From positions 1-64,000 of the IMG/VR virus record IMGVR_UViG_3300046559_000446: a stretch of 64,000 bases of DNA; one strand, written 5' to 3'. The position numbers and the translations under genes were made by a program. Positions 1 through 8,352 of the stretch are shown here, one piece after another (positions within the stretch are counted from its first letter, which is position 1; each line of letters starts with the position of its first letter). Source of the DNA: a virus. The notes under the pieces are model-generated. The model saw only the letters and a program-made list of their open reading frames with translations, was not told the DNA's origin and made no database searches.

Positions 1-190
1 AGCGCGAGGCCGAATTGGACTGGCTGGCCGACAGCGCGGTGTTGCGGTTGTTCTGGACGGGATCGGCAACAGCGGCGGAATTGGAGCGCGAGTTGGAGAT
101 GCCGGTGCCGACGCCGATGGCGTTCTGCGCGAAGGCGCTGGTCGAAAGGACGCTCGCCACGACGGCGAGGCTGATAACAAGCTTATTCAT
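1..190 (-). CDS. Secreted Ser/Asn/Ala-rich protein, N-terminal part only (runs off the window start)
   Basis: Not in the ORF track. Reverse strand from ATG 190: MNKLVISLAVVASVLSTSAFAQNAIGVGTGISNSRSNSAAVADPVQNNRNTALSASQSNSASR, a Sec signal peptide with AFA-Q cleavage; AGGAG RBS upstream. Confidence 0.8.
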   Translation of the reverse strand, partial: MNKLVISLAVVASVLSTSAFAQNAIGVGTGISNSRSNSAAVADPVQNNRNTALSASQSNSASR

Positions 191-268
191 GCTGCGTGTT
201 CTCCTGTGGGCGTTTCTGGCATATGTGACCAGATCACGGTTTCGGCGGGTTGTAAAGTAGACTTCAGC

Positions 269-457
269 TTATTTTTGGTCCGGTTTGCTTTTTCCAGTGA
301 AATCGGGCCACTTCCTGAGATCGCGACGTATCCAGCATCGCAAAAAGGCCATGCCTTCGTAGTCGTCTCCAGTTTCCATCACAGCATACTGAATCGCTGC
401 CAACGGATCTGAAAATTTGTCGTCCTGTTCTTTTACGGTGCTTTCCTCATCGCACAA
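269..457 (-). CDS. Hypothetical phage protein (62 aa)
   Basis: Member of the overlapping leftward chain 998>684>457. Confidence 0.55.
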   Translation of the reverse strand: MCDEESTVKEQDDKFSDPLAAIQYAVMETGDDYEGMAFLRCWIRRDLRKWPDFTGKSKPDQK

Positions 458-684
458 TTTGCTTCATCCCTTCTCTTTTTATACGCATCGCGCTTGTCGC
501 GCTGACGCTTCCATGCCGTTTCATCGTTGGCTTTGATGTCCGCCCTGCCGATCACGCCTTTCGGGATTTTCGAATAGGCGAGCATGCGGCAAAATTCGCT
601 GTTCAGTTGGAGGGAGGTCAGTTCGCCCAGGACACCGTTCATGGCGTCGAGCAGGGCTTCGCTCTTATCGGAGCGGGCCTTCAC
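433..684 (-). CDS. Hypothetical phage protein (83 aa)
   Basis: 4-bp start/stop overlap with 681..998; basic helical C-terminus. Confidence 0.6.
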   Translation of the reverse strand: MKARSDKSEALLDAMNGVLGELTSLQLNSEFCRMLAYSKIPKGVIGRADIKANDETAWKRQRDKRDAYKKRRDEANCAMRKAP

Positions 685-998
685 GCAGGTTTCCCCATAA
701 CTTTAGCCACGGCTTCAACCAAGACGTCAGTCAAGGCTTTCTCGTGGTCAGCTATGGTTTCGACGAAGAAAGTGACGTTGGCTTCGACGGCGTCAGCCAT
801 GAGCTTCATTGTCACCGCACGGTTTTCTTCAGGCTGGCGCGCAATAAATTCGGACTGGAGGAAGACCAGCGCATTCAGCACCGTTTGTGTGTCGTTTCCG
901 ACGAGGACTTCCGCTATTTTTGCGGCAAGGCCTGCGGCCTGTTCGGCGTCTTCCCTGGCGACGCACGATTCGAGCTTAAATCTTCCGTTTTGCATCAA
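681..998 (-). CDS. Hypothetical phage protein (105 aa)
   Basis: Protein-like helical composition; lies downstream of the promoter at 1029-1058. Confidence 0.65.
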   Translation of the reverse strand: MMQNGRFKLESCVAREDAEQAAGLAAKIAEVLVGNDTQTVLNALVFLQSEFIARQPEENRAVTMKLMADAVEANVTFFVETIADHEKALTDVLVEAVAKVMGKPA

Positions 999-1028
999 TC
1001 ACCTTGTGCGGTTCGTTTCGACGTTCAA

Positions 1029-1058
1029 AAGCTACGACAAGCGAATACGGCCTGTCAA
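1029..1058 (-). promoter_or_regulatory. Sigma70-type leftward promoter
   Basis: Reverse strand TTGACA-N18-TAGCTT in the intergenic gap. Confidence 0.55.
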
Positions 1059-1061
1059 CCA

Positions 1062-1409
1062 TCAATCGAGCTTAAATTCCGAAATAAACGCTTTCACCTC
1101 GTCAGGGGTGCGGGCAAGCCTGTATATGCCGCCGTTGGCTTCCCAGAAGGTCTGGAAGCCTTTTTGGTTATCGGACTGACGGCCAGTTTTGGGGATTTTC
1201 AATTCGAGGGCGAGCGGCCTGCAGCGCGAAAGCACGATAATGTCGGCCACGCCAGACCGCACACCCATCTGTTTAAGACGGGCGGCGGTGATCTTATCGC
1301 GTTTGCCGCCATTTGGCACATGAAACCAGACCGTGTTGCGGCAGGCTTCGCTGAACAACAGGGCTGCATGCATCTGGAAGGAATCTTCGTCGTAGCCCCT
1401 CAACGTCAA
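1062..1409 (-). CDS. VRR-NUC domain (PD-(D/E)XK) nuclease / resolvase-like
   Basis: HVPNGG.R...LKQMGVRSGVADI...LELK...GRQS.NQ..FQ motif set. Confidence 0.88.
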   Translation of the reverse strand: MTLRGYDEDSFQMHAALLFSEACRNTVWFHVPNGGKRDKITAARLKQMGVRSGVADIIVLSRCRPLALELKIPKTGRQSDNQKGFQTFWEANGGIYRLARTPDEVKAFISEFKLD

Positions 1410-1657
1410 CCTCGTTTCGCAAGAAACTCATCGACCGCCGTCTGGATGACGTGCGACACGCTCTCGAAACCAGGTTCGTTGCGCCAGATTAAGTGTAGCT
1501 TGTCTCTCGCTCGCGGGTCAAGTCGGACCGTGACTACGACTTTCGCCGGCGACTGCGGCGTGAACACGGGGACAGGCTTTTCCTTCTTCAGCTTTTTCGT
1601 CGGCACAAAGCGAGGCATTTTCATGGTTTTCATTTTTGGCTGATCCTTGGCTTGCAT
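1406..1657 (-). CDS. Ribbon-helix-helix DNA-binding protein
   Basis: VVVTVRLD beta-ribbon followed by two helices (RARDKLHLIW; SVSHVIQTAVDEFL). Confidence 0.65.
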   Translation of the reverse strand: MQAKDQPKMKTMKMPRFVPTKKLKKEKPVPVFTPQSPAKVVVTVRLDPRARDKLHLIWRNEPGFESVSHVIQTAVDEFLAKRG

Positions 1658-1712
1658 TTCGCGGATTATGGGGGCAACGTATACGTCCCGTCAAGAGATC
1701 ACGAGGATATCT

Positions 1713-3146
1713 GTGACTGATTCGCTCTCCGAACAAATTTTAACCCCCACCCTTCGCCCACACCAAGTAGAAGCTGTTGATGCTCTCGCCTTCTCTCAGG
1801 AAGTAACAGCATACGCCGAAATGTCGGTCGCCTCTGGAAAATCGCTCGTGATGGCGAAACTGGGCGAGCGAGCGATCGTCAACACCCGCGTCCTGATTAT
1901 CGCACACACGGAAGAACTGGTGCAGCAGGACGCCCATGCTTGCCGGTGGATCGGCCAGGATCCGGCCATCTGCAGCGCCGGCTTGAATGAGACGAGGACC
2001 GATGGCCGCCTCACGGTTGGAACGATCGGCACGATCGCGAATCGGCTCGACTGTTTCAAGAACGTCGGCCTGGTCATCATCGACGAGATCCACCGCGCCC
2101 GTATGACGCCCTATAAGGATGGCACGGTATCGGAATATTTGAAGGTGCAGCAGGCGCTGCCGAAAGCCTGGTTTCGCGGGGTCACCGCCACCGGCTGGCG
2201 CGAGGACGGCACCGGATCGCTCGAAAATACGTTCGGTAAGCGGATTTTCGAATACGGGTTCCTGCAAGCCCTTGAAGACGGTTTCGTCAAAATGCTGCGC
2301 GCGGTCGCCGCCGACGCCCCCGACATCGACACCAAAGGCCTGAAGGTCAATTCCCTGGGCGAGTGGGGCGGGCAGGAACTGACCCATCGCGGCGTGGCGT
2401 TGGCGCCGCTTCACGTTGCGAGCCTGGTCAAGGCCATGCGCGAGGAAGAGCGGACCAGGTGCCTGATCTTTGCTTGCGACATCGAACACGCCAATGTGCT
2501 GGAGCGCGAATACAGAAAGCTGGGCATTGATGCGCGGGCCGTCCACACCGGCGTTGGCGGGCGGGTCGAGAATGTCGAAGCCTTCCGCAGGGGCGATTTC
2601 CCCGTCATGATTTCGGTCGCCATGTTTAACACGGGCTTTGATGTTCCCGACGTGGACATGATGGGCTTTTGCCGCCCGATGAAGTCCAGCCTGCTCTATG
2701 CGCAGTCGCTGGGACGCGGCGCTCGCCTGTCCGAATACGCCGACGATTGCGCCGTAGTTGACTTTGGCGGCAATATCGTTCGGCACGGCGCTCTCGATAT
2801 GATCGAGCCGCCGAAACAGCGGGCGCCGAGCGGCAGCGGCCCCAAAGAGGAAAGGGAGAAATTGCCGGCGATGAAGCGGGCCGTCGGCGGCGACCTGCGC
2901 AACGCTGCAAAAGAAGGTGTGCTGCTCTCAAATCAGGGCAAACCGCAGTGGACGAAACCGAACGGCGTTCCGATTTTCTTGCCGCAGCGCGGTTTCTGGA
3001 TCGTCCCGACCAAACTTGGCAAGGCGCGTTGGTTCTCGCGCAGCTATCCGAACGATGTGGCGCACCTTTATTGTGAATATCGAGGAAAATACGGCTGGAC
3101 GGCGCGCGGCGCCGTCGATATTGTGGGCATCCTTCACAAAGCGTGA
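1713..3146 (+). CDS. Superfamily 2 (DExH, RadD/YejH-like) helicase
   Basis: LRPHQ Q-motif, Walker A VASGKS, IIDEIH, TAT, FNTGFDVPDVD, QSLGRGAR; likely GTG start at 1713 after GAGG. Confidence 0.92.
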   Translation: MTDSLSEQILTPTLRPHQVEAVDALAFSQEVTAYAEMSVASGKSLVMAKLGERAIVNTRVLIIAHTEELVQQDAHACRWIGQDPAICSAGLNETRTDGRLTVGTIGTIANRLDCFKNVGLVIIDEIHRARMTPYKDGTVSEYLKVQQALPKAWFRGVTATGWREDGTGSLENTFGKRIFEYGFLQALEDGFVKMLRAVAADAPDIDTKGLKVNSLGEWGGQELTHRGVALAPLHVASLVKAMREEERTRCLIFACDIEHANVLEREYRKLGIDARAVHTGVGGRVENVEAFRRGDFPVMISVAMFNTGFDVPDVDMMGFCRPMKSSLLYAQSLGRGARLSEYADDCAVVDFGGNIVRHGALDMIEPPKQRAPSGSGPKEEREKLPAMKRAVGGDLRNAAKEGVLLSNQGKPQWTKPNGVPIFLPQRGFWIVPTKLGKARWFSRSYPNDVAHLYCEYRGKYGWTARGAVDIVGILHKA

Positions 3147-3175
3147 AAACAACCGAATACGAAAGAGACAGACAA

Positions 3176-3754
3176 ATGGCTAAATTTACGATTTCTGGCA
3201 TTACGAAGCCGGGCGACAGCTTTCTCTTCGAAAGCGACAATCTCAATGAGGTTCTCGACGCCATCGACACCATGCGCGGTTCTGTGACTGCCAGTGAGCA
3301 TGAACAGTTTGCTGCGGCTGGCGCTTTCGAACAGCCCGCGCAGCAGGGCCAGCAGACCTACCAGGCTTCGACCCAGCAGGCCCAGGCTGCTCCTGCCGAG
3401 CCGCCGAAGCGCACCCGGACCCGCAAGGCCGCCGAAGCCCCGGCGCCGGTGCAGCCGCAAGACGCTCCCCAGACCCAGCAGACGGCCAGCCCGTTCGCGA
3501 ACGCCAATACGCCCTTTGCGCCGGCTGATCACACTTCGAACGGCCAGACCGAGCGGGCTGCGGTCACCAAGCTGAAGACGCATCTGGCTGCGCTCGCCGC
3601 CGCGCATGGCGAGGGCCAGGTCTATTCCTGGGCCATCCAGAACGCCTTCAACCTGCCGGTCGATACGACCAAGGACATCTTCCTCAACGAGAAGATCTAC
3701 GGTTTCTCGGACGATCGGCTTGAGGCGGCGTATCGCATGAGCGGTGGCCAGTAA
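3176..3754 (+). CDS. Hypothetical protein with Gln/Ala/Pro-rich linker
   Basis: ATG 3176 in frame with track ORF 3143; position typical of an accessory gene of the PolA module. Confidence 0.75.
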   Translation: MAKFTISGITKPGDSFLFESDNLNEVLDAIDTMRGSVTASEHEQFAAAGAFEQPAQQGQQTYQASTQQAQAAPAEPPKRTRTRKAAEAPAPVQPQDAPQTQQTASPFANANTPFAPADHTSNGQTERAAVTKLKTHLAALAAAHGEGQVYSWAIQNAFNLPVDTTKDIFLNEKIYGFSDDRLEAAYRMSGGQ

Positions 3755-3770
3755 CCACCGGCGCACGAAT

Positions 3771-3800
3771 AGAGGGGGTCCATTCGTGCGGCCCCCTTTT
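3771..3800 (+). terminator. Putative rho-independent terminator
   Basis: GGGGGTC-N9-GGCCCCC followed by TTTT. Confidence 0.45.
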
Positions 3801-3826
3801 CCATTCCCAAAACAACAGGAAACGTC

Positions 3827-4828
3827 ATGTCAGCCCACGCCAATTTTGCGCCCTCGTCCGCCGCCAGGTGGCTCGAATGTCCCTTCAGCGCCGTGATCGG
3901 CGCCACCCTCCCTAATCCCGACAGTGAAGCCTCCCGTGAGGGCACCCGCGTCCACACCCTGATCGAGAAGGCCATCGCCGGTGAGCCGATCCCTGAAGAC
4001 GAAAACGAAGACGTTGCCTACGGCATCGAAATGGTGCTCGATTTTGTCAATCAACTCGGAGGCCTGAAGTCTGTGCTGGCCGAGCAGAAAGTACACCTGT
4101 CGAAAGACGTATGGGGGACCGTCGACATTCTACAGCCCGATCCTTACGTGACGACGCTGCTCGACTATAAAAACGGCGCAATGGACGTCGCCGCCGATCG
4201 AAACATGCAGTTGATGACTTACGCGGCGGCGACGCTTGAAGAGAAGGGGCCTTCGAAGTTTTACCGTTTGGTTATTGTCCAGCCAAATTCCCGCACCGCC
4301 GGCGATCAGCGCGACGTCAAGCAGAGCCTGGTCCCGCTCGCCCTGGTCGAGGAACATCGTGAAAAGGTGCTGGCGGCGGTCGAGCGCGGCATGCATGGCG
4401 AGGGGCCGAAGCCTGGCCGGCATTGCCGCTATTGCTCGGCCTTTGGCAACTGCGAAGCCACCCAGCAGATGTTGCCCTTCATCATGACGGCGGTCCGGAT
4501 GCTGCCGAGCGAGATCCCCAACGCCACCGCCGTTCGCATGCTGACCGTGCTCCGGGGCCTGGAAGACATGCGCAAGGCCCTAGAGAAGGATGTCGTGACC
4601 CGCTTCGCCGCCGGCCAGCAGGTGCCCGGCGCCGAAATGGGCATGACCTCGACCCATCGCAAATGGGGCGACGATCGCATGGCGGTCGAGAAGCTGATTG
4701 CGCTCTATGGCATGAACGGCGTCGATCCGATCAGCCCGGCCCAGGCCGAGAAGATGGGCAGCGCCGGCGTCGAATTGGCGAAGACGCTGGCCTTCAAGCC
4801 CACGGGAAGCCCGAAGCTGATTTATTGA
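3827..4828 (+). CDS. DUF2800-family Cas4-like PD-(D/E)XK exonuclease
   Basis: HA.FAPSSAARWLECP, GT.VH, GTVD, DYKNG, N.QL..YA, C-terminal HCRYC....C. Confidence 0.88.
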   Translation: MSAHANFAPSSAARWLECPFSAVIGATLPNPDSEASREGTRVHTLIEKAIAGEPIPEDENEDVAYGIEMVLDFVNQLGGLKSVLAEQKVHLSKDVWGTVDILQPDPYVTTLLDYKNGAMDVAADRNMQLMTYAAATLEEKGPSKFYRLVIVQPNSRTAGDQRDVKQSLVPLALVEEHREKVLAAVERGMHGEGPKPGRHCRYCSAFGNCEATQQMLPFIMTAVRMLPSEIPNATAVRMLTVLRGLEDMRKALEKDVVTRFAAGQQVPGAEMGMTSTHRKWGDDRMAVEKLIALYGMNGVDPISPAQAEKMGSAGVELAKTLAFKPTGSPKLIY

Positions 4829-4838
4829 GGCGCCTGAA

Positions 4839-5171
4839 ATGAGCAAACATGAAGCTATGGCGAGGGCGGATCGCGGCGCCGACTTGCATTGGAAAGCCTG
4901 CATGCTGGCAAGTGGCGTGATGGTTGCTCGCTCGCTGCCATACTTCACTACCGACGAAGTCGTCGCCTACTGCAAGGAACATCACCCCAACGCAACGACG
5001 CACGAGTTACGCGCAATAGGGCCGGTCATGCAGCGGCTGGCAGGCGACGGGGCATGCGCCAAGACTGAGCACTATCGAGAATCTTCGCATGAACCGTGTA
5101 ACCAACGGCCCAAGTTGGTATGGCAGAGCCTGATTTACGAAACCCCGCCATGGTGCAAGAAAGCTGATTGA
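4839..5171 (+). CDS. Conserved phage hypothetical protein (possible winged helix)
   Basis: FTTDEV...RAIGPVM...RP..VW.S pattern. Confidence 0.7.
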   Translation: MSKHEAMARADRGADLHWKACMLASGVMVARSLPYFTTDEVVAYCKEHHPNATTHELRAIGPVMQRLAGDGACAKTEHYRESSHEPCNQRPKLVWQSLIYETPPWCKKAD

Positions 5172-5283
5172 CCTGCTTTTTTGCAAGCCTTCTTTGCGAA
5201 CAAACAAATGGCTTATCGTATTCGTTTGTCGCACATTGCCCTGGCGCTCGGCGCACCCATCAAATAGGAAAGAGACATCGACT

Positions 5284-5688
5284 ATGAAAAATCTCGCACA
5301 GTTCGAACTGCCCAAGACGCTTGCGGATCTGGATGCCCGCTGCACCTTGAAAGTGCCGGTGGTGAACCTCAATGATGAGGTCCATGATATCTTTCGCGTG
5401 TTGTGGCACGATGAAAAATTCCGTCTGCTGCTGAACGCCACCACCGACAAGGATTCGATCGAAGGCGCCACCTACGTCGATGACGTGGTCGCTGCGCAGC
5501 AGATCCGCGACTACGCCTTGACTGACGGCAACAACCCTTTCGTCGGCGGCAAGCAGGTTGCGGCGATCGTGCGCTCGCTCAAGGTGGTCATGCGCCGCCA
5601 CGAAATGAGCCGCAAGGACCGCGCCGCGATGCTCGATGGCATGCCGGTTCCCAATGGCGACATCGACAGCGACATCCCCACGGAGTGA
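5284..5688 (+). CDS. Hypothetical protein
   Basis: ATG 5284 after GGAAAGAG; ends before a terminator hairpin. Confidence 0.7.
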   Translation: MKNLAQFELPKTLADLDARCTLKVPVVNLNDEVHDIFRVLWHDEKFRLLLNATTDKDSIEGATYVDDVVAAQQIRDYALTDGNNPFVGGKQVAAIVRSLKVVMRRHEMSRKDRAAMLDGMPVPNGDIDSDIPTE

Positions 5689-5695
5689 TGGAGCG

Positions 5696-5721
5696 GACCC
5701 CGCTCTAGGGCGGGGTCTTTC
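5696..5721 (+). terminator. Rho-independent terminator
   Basis: GACCCCGC-N6-GCGGGGTC followed by TTT. Confidence 0.6.
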
Positions 5722-5741
5722 AGCCTGAAGGAAAGCACCCC

Positions 5742-6347
5742 ATGGAAATCACCAACAAAACGCGCGATGCAGTGCGTGAAAAACTGGAGCGTGGCGAAAA
5801 GATCGATCGTTATGAAATCGCCGCCGACATAGGCGTCAGCCCGCGCAACGTCGACAACGCCATTGCGGTTGAGAAAGCCCGGCGGAAAGGACGAGAGGAG
5901 GTCGAGCAATTGAACGCCAGCATGTTGAGCGCATCGTCGCAAGACAGGCTGGAAATCTTCAAAAAGCAGGAACTGTTCAAACTGCAGCTTTCGTTTGAAG
6001 AGGCCGTCAGTGCTAAAGTCAAGCTTAAGGTTGCGGAAGTGCTGGCGAAGCGCGATGCGGAAACGCTGGAGGCGATCGAGCAAGCAAACCAGGTGATCAG
6101 CCATTCGCAGGGCCGCCTGCGGCCTCCCTTTTCCGCGCCTGAATACATGGTCGTGATGCGGGCGCTTCACCCCGACAGCACGACGCATGAAAACAGGATG
6201 GACGCTTTCAAACTGTGCAACAGCAAAAAGTTTTTGCTGCGTGATGAAGGCAAAATCGCCAAGACAATCAACACCCTGCCCAATACGCTGGAAGAACTGG
6301 ACGCCCGCCGCGCCAGCGCGCAGGAAAAACGTCGCAACAGGCGTTGA
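5742..6347 (+). CDS. Hypothetical protein with N-terminal HTH-like segment and coiled coil
   Basis: RYEIAADIGVSPRNVDNAI resembles a helix-turn-helix; GAAGGAAAG RBS. Confidence 0.7.
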   Translation: MEITNKTRDAVREKLERGEKIDRYEIAADIGVSPRNVDNAIAVEKARRKGREEVEQLNASMLSASSQDRLEIFKKQELFKLQLSFEEAVSAKVKLKVAEVLAKRDAETLEAIEQANQVISHSQGRLRPPFSAPEYMVVMRALHPDSTTHENRMDAFKLCNSKKFLLRDEGKIAKTINTLPNTLEELDARRASAQEKRRNRR

Positions 6348-6424
6348 CGACCAAACACGTCCATGCCAATCTGTCTCTGCAATCGCAAAAGTGTTAAACG
6401 TGCAAACTGTGAAAGGGCGCCGAA

Positions 6425-7171
6425 ATGGCCCGTGAACTGCAAAAAATCATCCTCATGAACGCCCAGCTTGTCTACTGCAACCGCCTCTACGAAGCAGAGA
6501 CGGTCGACATGGCCGGCGCCCCCCTCAAAAAGCCGACCTGGTCAACCAGCATGCGGTATCCCAAGACCACCAAGAACTGGTTCGATGAGCCGGCGCTGGT
6601 GAGCCTCCGCAATGCCTGCGGCGTCATCAAGAGCCGCGAAATGGCTCACGTCGGTTTCGAGCGCATCGAGTTCCCCGTCAAAGACGGCGACCTTCCCAAC
6701 AAGAAGAACAAAATTCCGGATTGGGCGAAGGGTCACTGGATCATCCGCGCCAATACGACCATCAAGCGGCCCCTGGTCGAGCAGCGCATCGATGGCGTCG
6801 TCACCACGCTGGAGGCGATCCAGCTTGGCGGGCAGCGCCTCTGGGGCGATGGCGATTACGCCGGCGTGGTGATGTCCGTCGCCAAGCGCCTGACCGACGA
6901 TGTCGGCATCAAGTGCTATCTGAACAGCGTCTGCTTTATGGCGCACGGCGAGCCGCTCGATGTTTCGGGCCAGCCCACCGACTGGAACGTCGCGGAAGCG
7001 CAGGCGGCGGAACAGGGCATCAAGATCAAGACCGACGCCCCCGGCTTCAACGCAGGTGGGTTCCCGCCGGCCAATGGCGCGGCTGGGGGAGCGGCGCCCT
7101 TCGCTCCGTTCAACCCGTCTGGTCCGTCGCCGTTCAGCGGCGCCGGTCCCAAGGCCGCCGATCCCTTCTAA
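6425..7171 (+). CDS. ssb: Single-stranded DNA-binding protein, DUF2815 / T7 gp2.5-like
   Basis: WSTSMRYPK, PVKDGD, GDYAGVV, GIKCYLNSV.F..HGEPL; flexible tail ending DPF. Confidence 0.85.
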   Translation: MARELQKIILMNAQLVYCNRLYEAETVDMAGAPLKKPTWSTSMRYPKTTKNWFDEPALVSLRNACGVIKSREMAHVGFERIEFPVKDGDLPNKKNKIPDWAKGHWIIRANTTIKRPLVEQRIDGVVTTLEAIQLGGQRLWGDGDYAGVVMSVAKRLTDDVGIKCYLNSVCFMAHGEPLDVSGQPTDWNVAEAQAAEQGIKIKTDAPGFNAGGFPPANGAAGGAAPFAPFNPSGPSPFSGAGPKAADPF

Positions 7172-7195
7172 AATCAAAACCCGATCAAAAAGATG

Positions 7196-7220
7196 CCCCA
7201 GCGTTCGCGCTGGGGTTTCT
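7196..7220 (+). terminator. Rho-independent terminator
   Basis: CCCCAGCG-TTCG-CGCTGGGG-TTTCT. Confidence 0.7.
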
Positions 7221-7243
7221 AACTGCGCCCGGAGCCACCCAAA

Positions 7244-8017
7244 ATGCGCCTTCATCACATCTATGAAATGAACCTTCCGCCTAAAACTATTACGAGCATG
7301 CGTCTTGACGCGCCAAACATCGAACAGTTTGCGTTTGGCAACATTTATGACATCACTACCGACGAATCTTATGTGGAATTGCAGGATTTCTGCTTTGATC
7401 TGATGAAAATTGGCAAGTTCAGGCTTCCCTTCGATGAAGTGGCGTACTGCTTTGAGGCGCCGGAACTTCAGATGTTGCTGCGGGCAACGCAAAACACGCC
7501 AGACATGATCGAATTTAGCTTGTTGATGAAAAACTACAGCGGCTGCGTATCGCTATCTGGTTCGCTCGACACCAAAGTATCCGGCGAGAACAATAAATAC
7601 CGTATTCGCGCCAACCATGTTCACTGCGAGGCGGTCTTAACTCGCGAAGAAAGAGAAGACTTCATCGCTAAATTTGCCCACGGCGCGGTCGCATTCATTT
7701 GTGTTCTCACCGCTATCCTTTCAGTGCGCGGCGCCATGGTCACGATCGAGAAGGCGCCCGAAAAATTGAACATCAAGCGCGCTCGCAAGGGGCGGGCGCT
7801 GATCGACGACGTCCGCCACGTCACCATTGTCGTCGGCGGCGTTCAATATGCCGTCTCTGGCCATCCGAAAGGGACGCATGCGTCGCCCCGTCTGCACTGG
7901 AGACGAGGCCACATTCGGCATTTGGCTTCAGGCGCGGTCGCAATCATTTCTCCCTGCCTCGTCGGGAGCGCGGAGCAAGGCGTCGTCAAGCACGACTACG
8001 CAGTGAGGCATGCGTGA
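7244..8017 (+). CDS. Hypothetical phage protein with C-terminal SPRLHWRRGH motif
   Basis: Long ORF; HASPRLHWRRGHIR motif; visibly AT-richer than its neighbours. Confidence 0.75.
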   Translation: MRLHHIYEMNLPPKTITSMRLDAPNIEQFAFGNIYDITTDESYVELQDFCFDLMKIGKFRLPFDEVAYCFEAPELQMLLRATQNTPDMIEFSLLMKNYSGCVSLSGSLDTKVSGENNKYRIRANHVHCEAVLTREEREDFIAKFAHGAVAFICVLTAILSVRGAMVTIEKAPEKLNIKRARKGRALIDDVRHVTIVVGGVQYAVSGHPKGTHASPRLHWRRGHIRHLASGAVAIISPCLVGSAEQGVVKHDYAVRHA

Positions 8018-8352
8018 TGCCAGACGACATCTGCCAAGGCAAGCACGGGGGCAACGCCGAGAGTGTCGAGGCTTTTGCCACAACGTCCGAAAAGCACCGC
8101 GAAGCTATGCGGCAGCGCATCTACGTTTTTGCGATGTTCCGTTTACGTCGCGGCATCACGCCAGACGAAACAGCCGCCGCTTTTGGCCTCTTTCACAATG
8201 ATGTCGCGCCGCGCTGCAGTGAAATGAAAAGGGATGGCCGGCTGGTCGCAATCAAAGAGAAGCGGCGCACTCGCAGCAACAAATCGGCGCGTGTGCTGGT
8301 CACCGATAAAGTCTACGCCTTCATGCGCATCGTGAAAGATCCTGCCCTATGA
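8017..8352 (+). CDS. Winged-HTH DNA-binding protein (111 aa)
   Basis: TGATG overlap; GITPDETAAAF...VAPRCSEMKRDG...RRTRSNKSARV. Confidence 0.7.
   Translation: MPDDICQGKHGGNAESVEAFATTSEKHREAMRQRIYVFAMFRLRRGITPDETAAAFGLFHNDVAPRCSEMKRDGRLVAIKEKRRTRSNKSARVLVTDKVYAFMRIVKDPAL

Noticed and set aside
3827-4828. Cas4 as part of a CRISPR-Cas locus
   Set aside because: No array or other cas genes; the context is the standard phage helicase-DUF2800-SSB-PolA module
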